Shown: one piece after another, positions 13,601 through 27,931 of the stretch
How positions within the stretch are numbered: the stretch's first letter is position 1
Layout: every line of letters starts with the position of its first letter
Origin: Trichosphaerium sp. ATCC 40318
Lineage: Eukaryota > Protista > Tubulinea
Length of the DNA stretch: 64,000 nt
NCBI GenBank assembly: GCA_038496445.1
Contig: JALMLS010000065.1
Coordinates: 62,001-126,000 of the forward strand
Direction of reading: 5' to 3'
Position numbers and translations under genes: made by a program
The notes under the pieces: model-generated
The model's database searches: none
The model's input: only the letters and a program-made list of their open reading frames with translations
What the model was told of the DNA's origin: nothing

Positions 13601-16600
13601 CCTCAAGCTGTTTCATAGCTGCAACAAAAGGCGTAGCATTTCCTTTTCTTGTATCTTTCTGTGCATCTGCGAGTTCTTCTTTTAATTTCTCCAACTCTTC
13701 TAATTTTTCTCTCATCTCGATATCTTGAGTTTTAATCTGTTTTTCAAGACCTTCAAGCTTCTCTACAGTCAAAGCAATCTCTTGCTTTAGTGGTAATGTA
13801 TCATTAACCTCTGAAAAAGGAGTAAGAATAGTGAAAAGCGAACAAGAGATAAAGTACCAGCTTCAATAGCATGAAGGAAAGCTTCAATATCTATACTTGC
13901 TTGTCCTTCATTTAGTTTGGCTTGGAAAGCTACTTGACGAAGTATGCGATCAGCTAGCACCCAACGCGATGTTCTACAAAGTAATAAATAATCAACGTCA
14001 AAAAGTAGGAAAAAAAACAAACAACGAAGTAAAAGTACCCTTTGGATTCACCAATGCGTATAGCAATAAGATTACGCATAATATTATGAAAGTAGTCGTT
14101 TACACCATGATCTTTTGTGACAATCTTTAAGTGATCGAAAACATGATCAATATCGCTATAACAGTGAAGGGGAACAATAAATCACTAGATGACTTGACTT
14201 CAAGAAGAAAAGAAATTTTTCGAAAAAGGATACTCAAGTCTGACTTCATCAGGAACATGCTCATAACGTTTATCTAATTGCTTAGAATCTTCTTCTTCCT
14301 CTTCTTCATAAATCTTTACTTGAAGATCAAGATCTTCAGATTCTTCAATAGGTACAGCTCGTAGACGCTAAAAGGAATTGTTAAATACCAATCACATAAC
14401 AAGTAATAAAAAATCTTACGTCTAGAGCAGATTTGAAGTCAAGTGCGTATAACTCCTTGCGCATAGATAAGCGCACATCCATATCTTCTGGCTTATTCAC
14501 AATAGCATTGAATAAAGTCATCAAGGATACCTTAGAAAGCAATTAGAAACAAGACTCACTCTAATATTTAAAAACAAACAAATCTACAAAAAAAACGTAA
14601 ACGGGTACTACGTACTTGCATATCTACTTTCTCTGTAGTAGACAATAGCTTAACCAATGTTTGGAATCTAGCTTTTTCAGCTTTTCTTTCTTGAAAAAAG
14701 TTTATGGCCTCCATAATGGATTTATGACCACCAGGCATATGACAAACGACAGTCAATAATTTCAAAGCAAGTAAACGAGCGCTACTACGCAAATCTTCAT
14801 CGACTGATAAAAGTATAAGCTTCATTACTTTTGGCGTCTCCATAGCCATAAGCAAACCATCCTATAGTGCAATGTTAAAACAACAGTACTAGAACAAAGC
14901 ACAAATCTACAATACCTTGTTGTTCATAATTTTGTCGAAGCATTTTAATACTGAATGCTGGAGTTTCTGGAACTCAGATTTTTTACCCTTTTCGTGTTTC
15001 CTACGCGCCGATAAGAAAAAAAATAAAAACTAATAATATTATTGTCTACGTACTCTTTAGCTGTTTGGGATTCTCCTAATAAATCTGCTAATACACCGAT
15101 ACCACCTATACTCGTTATTAGACCAATCTACAAATTCTATGAAGCAAACGTTCACCAAAAAAAAAAGATAAAACAAATTGCGCAGTTTACCTTTTTTGTG
15201 GAACGTCTTTACCCAGGATATATTAGACGTCTTTAGAATAAATTCTAAGCGTTGTAGACTATCTAATTTCAACCCAGAACTTTTTAACTCAGAAACCCAG
15301 TATTCAGGTTTCTGGTCTACCTTATCGCTCTTTGTCATTTTTTTAACGAGTGCTTGGTTTGATTGGATCATAGCCCATTTTTTTGTAGCAGGTAGTTTTT
15401 GCATCACTTCATTATCAGCCATACCTAAACCAGCCTACAAAGCAAATAAAATAAGCAAACAGAAGTTTAAAGTGCGTTGGCGTTATTAAAAAAGTTTGTT
15501 CTTCTTGTGAACTGTAACGTTTGCGTCATGTTTCAGTTCACTTCATAATAAAATGCAGATAGCTATTATAACGATAATGACTATACAAGGTTGCTCACAA
15601 ACGCATCAACGATAAAAAAAAACCAAAAAAAGCCTAATAAAGATCTAAACGCGCTCATAACGAGGAAAAAGAGCAATTGAAAGCGTAATTAAAAGTGAAG
15701 AATTCAGAAGAGAAAACTACCACTAAACGTACCAAAACTTGGTTGTACATCTCATTAAGTTCGTCCTCTGGTGGCATTGGCGCATCTTCTTGCTCTCCAG
15801 ATACTGAGTTAGAGCTCTTTGCTGTATTTTTCCTCGCCGACTTCCTTGGTATTGGTGGTTGCTTCTTCTCTACCAGACAATTAATAAAAGCTCGTGTCAA
15901 AGTGTAAAACGAGAAAAGATTGAGCGTTTTGTTTGAAAGTGTGCCAATGTTTTTTAAACTCTCTGCGCCATGTGTTTTACTACGCGAAGAGCGAACAGAC
16001 TGCTTTTTTGAAGTTTGTTGGTGTTGTTCTTCAGCTTCACCGCCCTTTTTATTGAATATTTTACCCCACATGCGTTGGGTAACTCGATATAGGGGGCTTC
16101 GCTAAAAGGGAGTGCTTTGACTTTATTTGTCAATTATTGAAAAATAAAAACGTGTTGTTTTTACGATAGTGCTACGTGACGTCAACGTGTGAACGTACTC
16201 TTTCCAAAGTCGATAGCAGTTAGCGATAACTTTACTTCGGCATTTCCACATTTAATAGTTACTGTTTTCGCAACACCTTTAGGTAAATCTGCTAAATTCG
16301 CGCCGTATCGGCCGCTAGAATGCTCTTTTTCGCGTTTCTTTTTTATAAGTATCACTACACAAGATCAGTTGTTGCAGAACAAAGTGGAGCATAGGACGTT
16401 ATGTACACTACGAAAGGTCGTAGTTTTGTACGCAAATAACGCGAGGATAGTTAAATTAAAGACGTACCGCAAGTTAAAGGTGATGATGCATCTACACCAG
16501 TAAACATGAGGTCTTGTGACCATGAAGGAGAACCGGATTTTGTGGTTGTAGGAGCGGTTTTCATTTGCTTGCCTCCCACGCTTATCGCCGCAACATAGCC

Positions 16601-16701
16601 TTTGCCTATTTGTATTTGTTAGCTTTTGTAACGCGTATAGCTGCTAGTGTACCATCAGGTAAACCTGAAGCTGAGACCACTTGAACTTTGAGTTGCACCA
16701 T
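10693..16701 (-). CDS. Diaphanous-related formin (C2 - GBD/FH3 - coiled coil - FH1 - FH2 - DAD)
   Basis: FH2 motifs NFNWSK and LGNFLNAGTSRGAAWGFKL; poly-Pro FH1; GBD LPATKKWAMIQ; DAD DELFNMLKSGNVFANRR. C2 exons missed by the ORF track: MVQLKVQVVSASGLPD/GKGYVAAISVGGKQMKT...PSWSQDLMF/...LSLTAIDFGK. How the C2 part joins the rest is uncertain. Confidence 0.9.
12680..12930 (-). repeat. FH1 poly-proline tandem repeats (GGPPPPPPPPGM units)
   Basis: About 6 imperfect units visible as ggt/gga/ggc runs on the plus strand. Confidence 0.9.
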
Positions 16702-17015
16702 TGTGGTTTCAGTGGTGCAACTTTTGTGCTTGCAGTCGTAAAAATAGGTAAGTAAGGCGGTTCAAATTAGGTCAAAACAAGTTCTCTATGACACAAGTGA
16801 CTGTCGGAAATACAACCCTATTGAGACTGGACTATAGCCTAAGCGTTGATTGTAAAAGCTGTTTTTTTTACTTTCGTTTTATTCGTGTTGTGAATATTAC
16901 TCTGTAGAATGACGTCAAAGTACCTTTGATAGGTATCAAAATGCTAAACGATCGCGTTTTTGCTCAGTCAGTCAACGTAAAACAATATCTTTTTTAGTTT
17001 CGCTACCCAAGACTC

Positions 17016-18597
17016 ATGGGGTTTCTCATCCAAGTATCGCTCGAAAGGGGCGGCGAAAGGAGCAAAAAGCTGCACTCTATTGCCAATAAGGTTCTACGCG
17101 GTCTAGAGAAGAATGCCGCTATTAAATCGCTTACTGTTGTACGCACGGATAATTCCTACATGATACAGTTCCGTATATCGGACACAGCTCTCCGTATGAT
17201 TATGGGTGTTTTGAAAGAGCTAAAAGTCGGCGCTGACTATGGTATTATCAATGTCATACCTCTCACCATGACGAAACCGCACTTGGACGAGCCATATGAA
17301 AGCAGAGTTTCGGTAATATCATTAATCTCCGTGTAACGCAGCTTACTCACGCCTTAGGGTTCATCAATACCTTTTGAAATCATTTACGAACAAGTTTGGT
17401 CTAACGCTACAGTCAGTTATGATTACATAGCTTTCTTGGTTGTAGGCGCTCTATTAGCTGGTGTAGGCCTTGTACGCATTTTAGATATCTGAGCAAAAGG
17501 CGGGTGAAGCATTTATTTATTTTTATCTCTTTAGGTTTCGGATAACGCCGTTATTGTCGTAGCTTCTATGCTCGTTTCTCCCTTGATGGGTCCTATTCTT
17601 GCCTTTACATTTGGTACTATTTTCAGTGATTGGAGACTAGTAAGAGCAAGCGTAATCGCCGAGTTGACTGGTTTCCTTGGTACGGAGAGGGTTTTTAGCG
17701 GTTTTTTTTTTTTGTAAATTCTGATTTCTTATTTCTGCTAGTTGTCTTTATCGTTGGTTGTATACTGGGCGTATGCTTTGCGCCCTTCGCCGATCAGCTG
17801 CATCTCCCAACAACTCAAATGAGTGACAGGTAATCTTACAAATGACTATTAATTTTTCGGGTCTCTGAAATTTATGGACGTTTTTGACTTACTTGCGTTA
17901 AGGGGAACGCCTATCGCTATTCTATATGGTGTATTAATTGCTATACCTTCTGGTGTAGGTGTAGCTTTATCTGTGACTGCTCAGAATACGGCCTCTCTAG
18001 TAGGCAAGTTGGTTTTTTTTTGATTTCAGAATTCTTCTCTTTCATGTTTGATTTCTCTCTTATGAACTTAGGTGTCGCTATTTCTGCTGCTTTGCTTCCT
18101 CCAGTTGTCAATACTGGTATTAACTTCTCTCTTGCTCTTATTGGACCAACTCTCGTTGGATTGAACGCAAATTTCCATTGGCAAATCATGGGTTACTCTG
18201 CTCTCTTGTTTTTCATCAATATTGTTTTGATTTGGTATGTTTTTTTTCCCTCTTGTTGTTTTTTAACAATTTTAGGCTCGCTGGTCTTGCTAGTTTCAAG
18301 GTTAAGCAGATAGCACCTGTAGAGAAACAAGATCAATTTTGGCGTGATCTTCCTACCTTGCTTAAGGTCAATAAGGGTGGTATTAATTCTATTAATCATC
18401 CTGAGGTCAAGTACGTAGAAAAGATGAAAAAATTATTTTTTCCCTTAAGACTGTTTTCACGATTCTTGTTCTTGTTCTTATGTTTTTGTGTTAGCACTGA
18501 TTATGGTGATTTGGCTCTAGCCAATCTTACAAACAATGATGAAAGCGTTTTTGTGAGAGGAACTGCCGAGGATATTAATGACCGTACTATCATGTGA
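17016..18597 (+). CDS. DUF389 membrane protein, multi-exon
   Basis: SDNAVIVVASMLVSPLMGPIL and SLVGVAISAALLPPVVNTG family motifs. Confidence 0.85.
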
Positions 18598-19222
18598 GCT
18601 AGTTTAAACAATGAAATTACAATTAGACAGTTGGTTTTTTTTTCCCCATCTTTGCTTTTTTCGCAAAATCGTCTCTTTGTGGTTATGAGTTAATTTTTAC
18701 ACTTGAATGTTTGTATGAGATTAGTTATTTTATATGGCTTCTTCTTGAATGAAAGAACACTGCTTAAGGGGATTTTTTTTAGTGTCAAGGTTTATGTTAT
18801 TTATTTTTGCTACTCGTTGATTTTTGGTCAAACAAACTTAACCTGATCAACAGTTTCTAATCATTCCTATGAATGTTCAAAGGTTGTTATGTGGTGGCAC
18901 TTAGACTCTTGATTGTAGTATTCGTAATATCGGGTTACGCTAACTCTCGTAGAAACAGCATTAATTAATGTTATGCGTTACAATTTTCACTTCCTGGTCG
19001 CAATCTTGTTTAAGTGCCCTTAAGCGTATACTGTCCTGTAGTCTTATGTTGATTGGCACTTAGTTCTATGAGCCAATGAGGCTACTACGATGACCATAGA
19101 CCACTTGTTAAAGCATTGATTATATGTTTAGGTGAACATTTGGACTTTATTCTTTGAGAATAAAATATCACGTGAATGTTCACTTAAACGTACCATATTA
19201 ATTAGTACTAGTTGTGTCGTAG

Positions 19223-21454
19223 ATGCCCCTGCTTATCTTTTGCTACTTTTTGTTCTTTCCGTCACTTATAATAAGCCAAGGGGTGCCTGTGGGCCCAATT
19301 TCGCCACCGTCAACTTTAACACCAACCCTACCAACACAAGTACCTATACCACCAACTAACCTCCGTACGTATCATTTTATCGTGTTATGAGAGTAAAACC
19401 AAGTACAAGTCTTTTTTTCTTTTTCGTTTTTTTTTTCATTCGAGTTTAAATAAACTTCTGTAGAAAAGCTGGCTGGATACAATGAAACAGGTTGAGCGCT
19501 TGAAAGCGATAGATGGTTGTGTATTTTTTTTTAATCATGTGATATTTAGGTATGGCCTCTACAAGAGATATAGCTTTCTCAAAACCAGACGGGAAGTATC
19601 TGATTGTGACTGATTACATTGGAATGGTAGTTCATTATTTTCATTCGTCAAATTGTAAGGGTGGGTCAAACAGCTTAACAATCTAAATATGGGGATAGAT
19701 TCAACGGCTTTCATCATCCGGTCTTGGACAGATATTAGCACAAATAACATCACACATTTCGAAAGCGGACAGAATGTAGGCAACAGAGAGCTGTTTTTTA
19801 CACAGTCACCAAATGGTCGCCTTTATGTTGGCTACTATAATGGATCAACTACAAATATTGTCGCTTTTGACGAAGGACAATTTGAAATAGGGGATCAGAT
19901 AGGTAAGTAAAATTAATAAGTTTCATCTCCACCTTGTTGTTTTTTTTACTTGGCTCTAGTGAGCTCTATCTTCCCCTTTCGAGGCATGGTTATATCTCAG
20001 TACAGCAACATCATTATAGTAATTCACGACAATGGTTTCGCTTCGTTTGATAGTGGCACAGGTAGGTGGTATTACTTTTTTTCCCGTATTCTTAAGTTCT
20101 GATTTGTTTTCAAGGGATACAGTTAGATACATTGCAAACAATGTTTCTACCTTTCTACTGTGTACGTAACTTGTTATTCTATTTCTTGCTATTGACTTAC
20201 AATAGAACATTTTGGTTATATCTGAGAACAGTACCAACTTGAGTTTTATACACATTCGGAGTAGGACCATGCATAAGTATAAGTACAATGTTGATCTCTT
20301 GACTGGTGAGTTTTTGCGCCATTCTATTTTCTTGAAATGCTGACTTTTAGTACAGGACTCATGGAACAAGTGGGCAACCATAGTATGCATAACGTCTTTG
20401 ATAGTTCTACAGTAGCATCTTCTATGTTCTTATCCAATATTGGAAGTTCAGAGCAGCTATTTATGGCTTTAATCGAAGACGTAAGGATTGTACTTGTAAA
20501 TATTTCTAGCTCAAGTAAGTACTTCCACTGCATTGCTTCTTTTTAATACTTTCTGAAGATGTGTATAAGGCCGCAGAATCTAGAATTGATAGGATAGCTG
20601 TAGGAGCAGTACAGCAGCCACTAAACGGAGAAATTGTGCTATGCCATAGTACTGTATCACGTGAGAGACTTACCGTTTATTCACCTTGGCCTCAACTTCA
20701 AATGACTACAGTGCCACCAACAACTCTAACGCCAATGGTACAGATTTCTCCAACGCTTCATGAAATGCCAACAAGCGAACCAACATCTCCAATGCTTACT
20801 CCTTTGTTGGTGTCTTGTACCTCGATGGACGAAACCGATGATCCGTGTGAAGGCACATGGATCATTGCGCCTAACACAACAATCAATACAAATGTGTTAC
20901 TACTGGGACAAGATATTCTGTTTCAAGGTGATGCTGTTGTTACTAAGGATGGATCTATAACAATAGAAACAGGAACAAATATAACAGTCAACGGTTGTTT
21001 GAACATAACAGGTAAAGAGTAAACACTTCTGTGTTGTTAACTTTTTTTCTCAAGGAGATATTATCATTCAACAGAGTGACAAACACAGTTCTGCTCCTAT
21101 TGACATTAGAGTACAAGAATCTTGTGAAGATACTACAGATACCATAACACCACGTGTTAGCGCAGGTGGACTTTGTACAAGTGTAAACAAGCAAGATGAA
21201 CCTGGTAAGATCACTATGCTTATTACAACTTACTCGTCTGTTCAGGAACTTTCCAGCTCGTTGTTTTCTCATGTAATAGTGATAACACTGCATCTTCAAA
21301 ATCTGTCTTGGTATTGTCTATTGTTATATGTTCTGTATTTTTAGTTGTTGTTGTTATTACAGTTATATCTTTGATTGTAATACAACCCGTATGGTTATTT
21401 CCTCACTCGAAGAAAAATAGAAAAAAAACAAAACAACAAGCAATAAAATTATAG
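19223..21454 (+). CDS. Single-pass surface protein: signal peptide, beta-rich region, Thr/Pro linker, C-terminal TM
   Basis: MPLLIFCYFLFFPSLIISQ start; many short exons; PTT/PTS stretch; VLVLSIVICSVFLVVVVITVISLIVI then a basic tail. Confidence 0.6.
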
Positions 21455-21525
21455 TAGAGTGTTTTTAAATTCTTGCTATGTCCTTCTTTTACATTCGAGG
21501 CAATGATGTTGTGTAGCAACAGCCT

Positions 21526-23541
21526 TCAGATTAAAAATATAGGTAAAACATGGTCTTTTGTCATGTTTAGTGTTGCAATACAGCTATCTGTAATTCTTTT
21601 TCCTACACCAACAATTTTAGCACCCATCAGAGCTTCAACACCTTCATCTGTTATGTGATCGCACTGAGAGAGGTTGATGATGTGAACTCCCTTCAGTGCT
21701 TTTATGCCAACATCTGTTACTCTATTACATCCGCTAATATCAATTGAATGAACACCTCTCAATGCTTGAAGACTTTTGTCTGTTATATCTGCACAGTGGG
21801 CAAGGCTTATAGAGTGTACACCTTGCAATTCTTTAATTCCTTCATCTGTAATGCCAGTATATTGAATATTGATAGCGTGAACACCTTTTAGTGCTTTGAT
21901 GCCGTCATCTGTTACTGAAGTACTTGCAAGGCCAATAGTGTGAACCCCTGTTAGTTCTTGTATGCCTTCATCTGTTATAAGATCACAGTAGCTAAGATTG
22001 ATAGAGTGCACACCTTTCAGTGCTTTGACACCTTCATCTGTAACGGCAGTAAATTGAAGGTTGACTGTATGTACACCTTTCAGTGTTCTTAAACATTCAC
22101 CTGTAATACCAGTATAACAAAGATCAATAGCATGAACACCTTTTAATGCTTTGACACCTTCATCTGTTACTAAAGGACTATTTTCAAGGCAAATGGTGTG
22201 AACACCTTTCAATGCTTTGACACCTTCATCTGTTATTAAACTTTTAATCATAGTAATAGTATGAACACCTTTTAATGCCTTGATACCTTCGTCTGTTACT
22301 TGTGTGAAGCTTAGGTCAATAGTATGAACACCTTTCAATGCCTTAATACCTTCATTTGTTACTAAAGTGCTGTTTAGACTAATGGTATGAACACCTTTCA
22401 ATGCCTTGATGCCTTCATCTGTTACTTGTTTACACATATATAAATTAATTGAATGAACTCCTCTTAATGCTTTGATACCTTCGTTTGTAATACTAGCATA
22501 GCCAAGGTTAATATGATGAACACCTTTAAGCTCCTTAAAGCCTTTGTCTGTAATATTTTCACAACCAAAAAGATCTAGTGTACGAACACCTTTGATTGCT
22601 TGTAGATCGCTGTCATTGATCTCACTGTACCCTGCATTAATGGTCTGGCATCCAGCCAAAAAGGAGAATGAGGTATTTTTCATTGCTTTCAATGAAATCA
22701 TGGTGTTGTTCATGATACCTCTGTACTGTCTAATCTTTGGAATGTCAAGAACATTGGATAGATAAACTTGTTTGTATCCAATAACATCATGTATAATATC
22801 AAACATAAGGTGACATGATTGAGCAGTAGAACACCTTTCCTTGTCTTCTAGGTGATTTAAAATATTTGATAAAATTTCTGGCGGGATGAGTGTAATATTT
22901 TGTTCTCTAGTCTCACATCTAGTACAGCAGTATTAGTAAAAAAGAAGTGAAATCACAAAACTAAGGGAGAAGTTCCGAATTTCGTTATCCACGAAATTGT
23001 ACAAGCCACTAAGCAGTTTTGTTGAAGAGGTGCCATTGTCGAAATAGTACTCACAAAAAACAGTAGTAAAACTTGTCTATCTTGGGTTTGCACTACTTTT
23101 CGCGAATTGATTAGAGCCACAATTGACTAAAAAATGTTGTACAAAAAGCCTCCAAAAGAACAGATTTCGAAGAAATACAACATGCCGCCAAATTTCGCGA
23201 AATGTAGTGCAAACCCATGTAGACTCTTTTCAAGCCAAAAAATTCCAAGAAATTTATAATTTGATTTTTCGGACGTGCTTTTGTTTTTGCTTGCGTTTAG
23301 GTATGATATCCTTAGATTGTTCTGAAACGCGTTTATTCTCGTCGTTTGTGATGGTATTTGATCGTTTAGCGAGAAAATAATCGAGTTGTTGTACAAGACT
23401 CGTATTAACTACGTCTAAGATGCTCTCTAGTTGTTTTATAAAGGTTTCGTCTTGTTCGGTTGCAATTTTATTGAAGGCGTCGGCATGGTTCTCGCGATAA
23501 TACGCGAGTGCCTGTTCTACCGAAAATCCTGCGAAGCTCAT
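21526..23541 (-). CDS. N-terminal helical module + F-box + about 17 LRRs (paralog 1)
   Basis: Exon 1 MSFAGFSVEQALAYYRENH...; GC-AG intron 22919-23278; NITLIPPEILSNIL..L....R.STAQSC F-box; 21-22 aa repeats GVHTIxLxxTxVTDEGIKALK. Confidence 0.85.
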
Positions 23542-23935
23542 AATTAATTGCTGTAGAAAGGAAGAAGAGCAAGAAATCTCTGCACTTAACACTTGTTAAG
23601 GCAACTACTTTGTAGATCAGACCTACCACAAGAACAGCTAAGAAGGTCTGGGAGCATGGACACCTGATAGATAGTTCTAGCACAAGAGCGAGAGTGGTTT
23701 ATTAAATAATGGTCTAGGTGAAAATAAAAGTTGTTTTAACAAGTTGTCCAGTACGACCAAAAGCAACCTCTGTACCTGTTCCATTTTTTCGTTTCCAAAA
23801 ATAGCGAAGAGCTCGTTCCGTTAAAGGAATTTTATCATCTTGGTGCTACCCTTGTTTAAAGTGGCTCACAACATAATTCAAAACACAAGGAGAATTTACT
23901 TGTGCACCGTTTTTTTTATCAATTCTTGAACGATT

Positions 23936-25214
23936 ATGGTAAACAGCAACATCACTTGCTCAGAAAATAATTGCTATGGCGGCGGTTTATGTTACCAAGG
24001 GGCATGTACATGCTTTGAGGGACGTGCAGGCGAATGGTACCCAATAAAAGAAACTAAAAAGTTAAAATTATAATGATAATTTTGCGTAGGTGCGAATTCA
24101 AAGCTTCGGGTACGAAATCTTTGCATCACATGATTTTTGGTTTTAATAGGAAGTAAGATACATTTGTTTTGGTTTTTAGCATCTGGTTTGGAGCATGGTT
24201 TGGTATCCTTACTCTCTACGCTATGTACTACAGTTAACTATTTTTTGAACTAAAACATGATGTTTTAGGTATACGATCATCTGGTTTCAGATGTACAAAC
24301 CTCCTTACACTCACAAGCGCATTACCATTAAGTTTCTATGGGCTTTCGTCCTCATCTTTTGTATTGGTACGTTGGATTTCATCAACTTTAAAAACGACAT
24401 CTGCGTGCACAACTAATTACTATTAAGTGCGAACAATCTCGGCCATTTTTGATCCTCTAAATTCTCGAAACATATCTTGGATAATCTCTCTTGTTCTGAG
24501 TTCTCTTGGTAACATGGTTCTATACCCAACATCGGTGCTTGTATTGCGATTGTGGTAGTTTAATAGGACATTTGATTCAAGGTGATAACGTGACCTTTAG
24601 GGCATTGGTAGAGCCAAGGCCAGGTAATTTTATGAGGTTTTTCATAAACTGCTTATCTTGGATAATTGTTGTAGGCACGTGATTTTGAAAAAACAAATCC
24701 TATTTTCGTGACAAAGCTAACGCTACTGAAATAAAGCGTTTATGTTGTGGGAATTTACAACGTTTGTACTCTCTATTTTACTACGAGGAGAAGCCGAAGA
24801 GACAAACCTGAGAGTATATATGATAATGTACCTCATGTTCTCAATGGCTATTGGTTTGAGTTTGGTTTATATGGGATACAAGACGCGAAAGACTCTCAGT
24901 GTTTGCAAGGAATTCAAACCAATAAGAGAAAAGGTACTTCCAGTCTATGTGTTTTCATTTCTCATTGTAGTTTTAAGATATATTTGCTTGTTGTTTTAAC
25001 AGCTGTTATATTTGTACTGGCGTTTATAGTTATGGTTGCGTTCATCGCTTTACAGTTAACAACATTTCCAGAAACGAAAGAAGAACATATAGTTTTGTAC
25101 GAAGTGTTTATCATTTGTATAAGAGTCCTCCAGTCTGGTTTTGTTCTTGCAATACTTTATACAATGAAGCCCGCTAAGGCAAAAAGGTCAAGTCATATTA
25201 GACATGTAGTATAA
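23936..25214 (+). CDS. Multi-pass (about 7 TM) membrane protein with an N-terminal EGF-like Cys motif
   Basis: CSENNCYGGGLCYQGACTCFEGRAGEWCE followed by successive hydrophobic exons (e.g. VRTISAIFDPL). Confidence 0.6.
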
Positions 25215-25269
25215 ATAAACAAAAGAGCACTATCCAAAGGGAAGAGAATTCTTATTTTATTCTAATTTT

Positions 25270-26204
25270 TTATACGTAATAATCAAATACAATTGGTTTT
25301 CTAACAATTTGTCCTTCATACTCAATAGGCCAGGCTTTCGATGCACCATTAATATAAGTTGTTTCACCAATAGTCTTGTATCCATAACATTCATGTACAT
25401 GACCAAACATATGTATAGCAGGTTTTACTTCATGCCTTACTCTCTTTCTAAGATACCTGAACAAAGATGTCATCAGATAGATGTCAGAAGCACGTGTTTT
25501 TTAAATTAGTGTTGTATATCGTGTTAGAACGTACTTTGATCCCCAGTTCCTTCCTGAAGAAGCCAGATCGAGGATTTTAGAAGGAGGCATGTGAGTTATC
25601 AAAATTTCAGTGTCAAGTGGAATTTTAGCGAATTTTTCTTCGAGTTTATCTCGCTTAAGGCTAAAGGCCATATTTCTTGAAGACTGCCATGGTGTACCAT
25701 AGAATTTAATACCTTCTATGGTGCATCCACTACGTTCGTTAGCTGGGTTTGAGTCAAGATCGCTGTTTGTAGGTTATAGGGCGCTTACGTGTCTTGTAGA
25801 TAAGTACAGTTGGTCAATAGCTTATTCTGGATGTCTTTGTACGATGTTGTGTTAAAAATATACTCGTGGTTTCTACAAATAGCTGTTATTACTCTGAGGG
25901 TTATTATTGGCGTAGGAGCGTACCCTGCGATCACTATTTTGTGTTTATGTGGTAAAGTACCTTAAACACATGTTAATTAACACGAAAAGCGTTGATGCAG
26001 CTTACCTAGCCACTTGTTAAACGCCAGTACTGGTCCAGGCTCTTTTCGTCTCTGTACAAAATCGCCAGCATGTATTAAAAAATCACCATCAGGGACTTCT
26101 AGATGCTCGTGCTGCTCATGCGTGTCGCTTATAAATACAAACCGAAATTTTTTAACTCCTTTTTTTGATTTACGGCTAATATTTCCAGCTATAGGTATTT
26201 CCAT
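25270..26204 (-). CDS. Calcineurin-like metallophosphoesterase (MPPED-like)
   Basis: FISDTHEQH, LIHAGDF, IAGNHE (split by an intron), ITHMPP, HMFGHVHE. Confidence 0.9.
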
Positions 26205-26392
26205 AGTGTACCAGGCAGTTGTTCAGTTGCAGGGAGTGTTGAGAAGTCAGCAAAATGTATTTAAATAGTTCACTGAATGCAATGACCGAGTAGAGGTTCT
26301 TTTTCAGTCGCTTTTAACTGCACTTTTGCCGGAAAAACTTTGACGGCTATTGTTTAGTATCTCGTGAATGCTGAGCGTTGTATAACGAATAA

Positions 26393-27636
26393 ATGGAGAG
26401 GCCCAGCAAGCTACACTCCACCCGACATGTCAACGTACGCATTGTTATCTCTACTAGCTGATTGTTCGCGTAGAACGCCACAGTACAGAGAGATGATAAA
26501 TCAAAGCCTAAGAAGTATAAATCGCCAAACTGTTTATCATTCGCGCTGTGGGTTTGCAAATATGTTGTATTCGCGTCAGTCGCACTATTATTGTGTTGTA
26601 TGATACAGCCTATGCTGAATTACTACCTACACGATTTTGTTTACATTGCAAGCTCTGATACGCTTCCATGTACCGCGAACAAGCATAAAAATGGCGTTTC
26701 AGACTTAAACGTAGCTGTAGTTACAGTGTACGATAGAAAATACAGTAGTGCGTTTTCTGCTCAGCCTCTCGCTTCTTTCGTCTTCTCACTCTTGTAATTA
26801 AGCGTTTATGCGCCAAGGAGTACTTGTTAATCATAAAGCATATGCTAAGAAGCACGGATACACATATGTTCCTGTGACAGGCAAGGATCTATGGAAGTAT
26901 CCAGGAGTCAAAACAATATGCAAAAAAGTGGCTATAGTAAATGATGTTTTATCTCGATTTGATTGGGTTATATTCATTGATGCTGATGCTTGTTTCTTTA
27001 ATGTACGCAACTTTATAATATTAACAAAAAATAAAATAATTTCAAACACGTGTTAGGCCATAAATGGTAAATATCTGACAAATTCGTTTTATTTAGATGG
27101 AGTCATTTGAACGAATTATGAAATCTGTCATGAGTGATCGACAACATAATGCATTTGATTATGATATGGTTATAGGACAAGATGGTATTGGATTAAATGG
27201 TGGTATATACTTTATAAAGAATACAGATTGGTCCCATGCTTTCCTTAAAATGGTACATCTTACCTTCACTTAATCTCCTTTTTTTAAAGTCACTCACCTT
27301 GTGAGCTTTCTCCTATCTCTTCATATGTACTTACCTTGTCTTCTTCTATAGGTAAGTGAGGAGGTTAGTGATTTTAAATATTGTGCAGTGAAGGGAACAC
27401 CTGAAGGCTCTTCAATGCGTTCAATACTGCATCGCAATCCTGATCATCTATGCCATGTTAGACAATTACAAAAAACAAAACTATCTGTACTTCAACAATA
27501 CCTTCAAAGAATTGAAAGGCCAGGTAGCCTTAAAGTTTTGAACCCTTTTGTTATACATGCAGTACATACATGTAAGATTCAAAAAGAGTGTAAACAACTG
27601 TTATTTGATACTTGTAAAAATGTAATAATTGGCTAA
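26393..27636 (+). CDS. GT34 (GMA12/MNN10-like) type II glycosyltransferase
   Basis: Signal anchor in exon 2; NHKAYAKKHGY, WVIFIDADA (DxD), QDGIGLNGGIYFIKNTDWS. Confidence 0.8.
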
Positions 27637-27931
27637 GCCTCCTGAACGTTTTGTGAATATTGCAGGTCAACCTGTGGCTTAAAATTGCCATTCTTTCATT
27701 GTTAACAGAGGCATTTTGTTGTAAGATAGTGCTGTAATTATTCCTACATTTCTATTGATGGCGTGGTATGCTGGTTATAACTTACCTGAAGTAAGAATTC
27801 TCTGTCTCACTAAGTCAACAGCACTGTTAAACACGTAGCACATTCCTCTGTCACTTTGGCCTTGCAGTAAACCAAGTGTGTAGTAATAGATAGCGTGTAT
27901 TTAAGCTTAAAAAACGCTAGAACACACATTA

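Noticed and set aside
16470-16740. U3 or C/D snoRNA-like boxes (GTGATGA...CTGA) on the plus strand
   Set aside because: The region is explained by minus-strand C2-domain exons of the formin.
21600-22600. CRISPR-like regularly spaced repeats
   Set aside because: Coding LRR units in an open frame; no cas genes; eukaryotic context.
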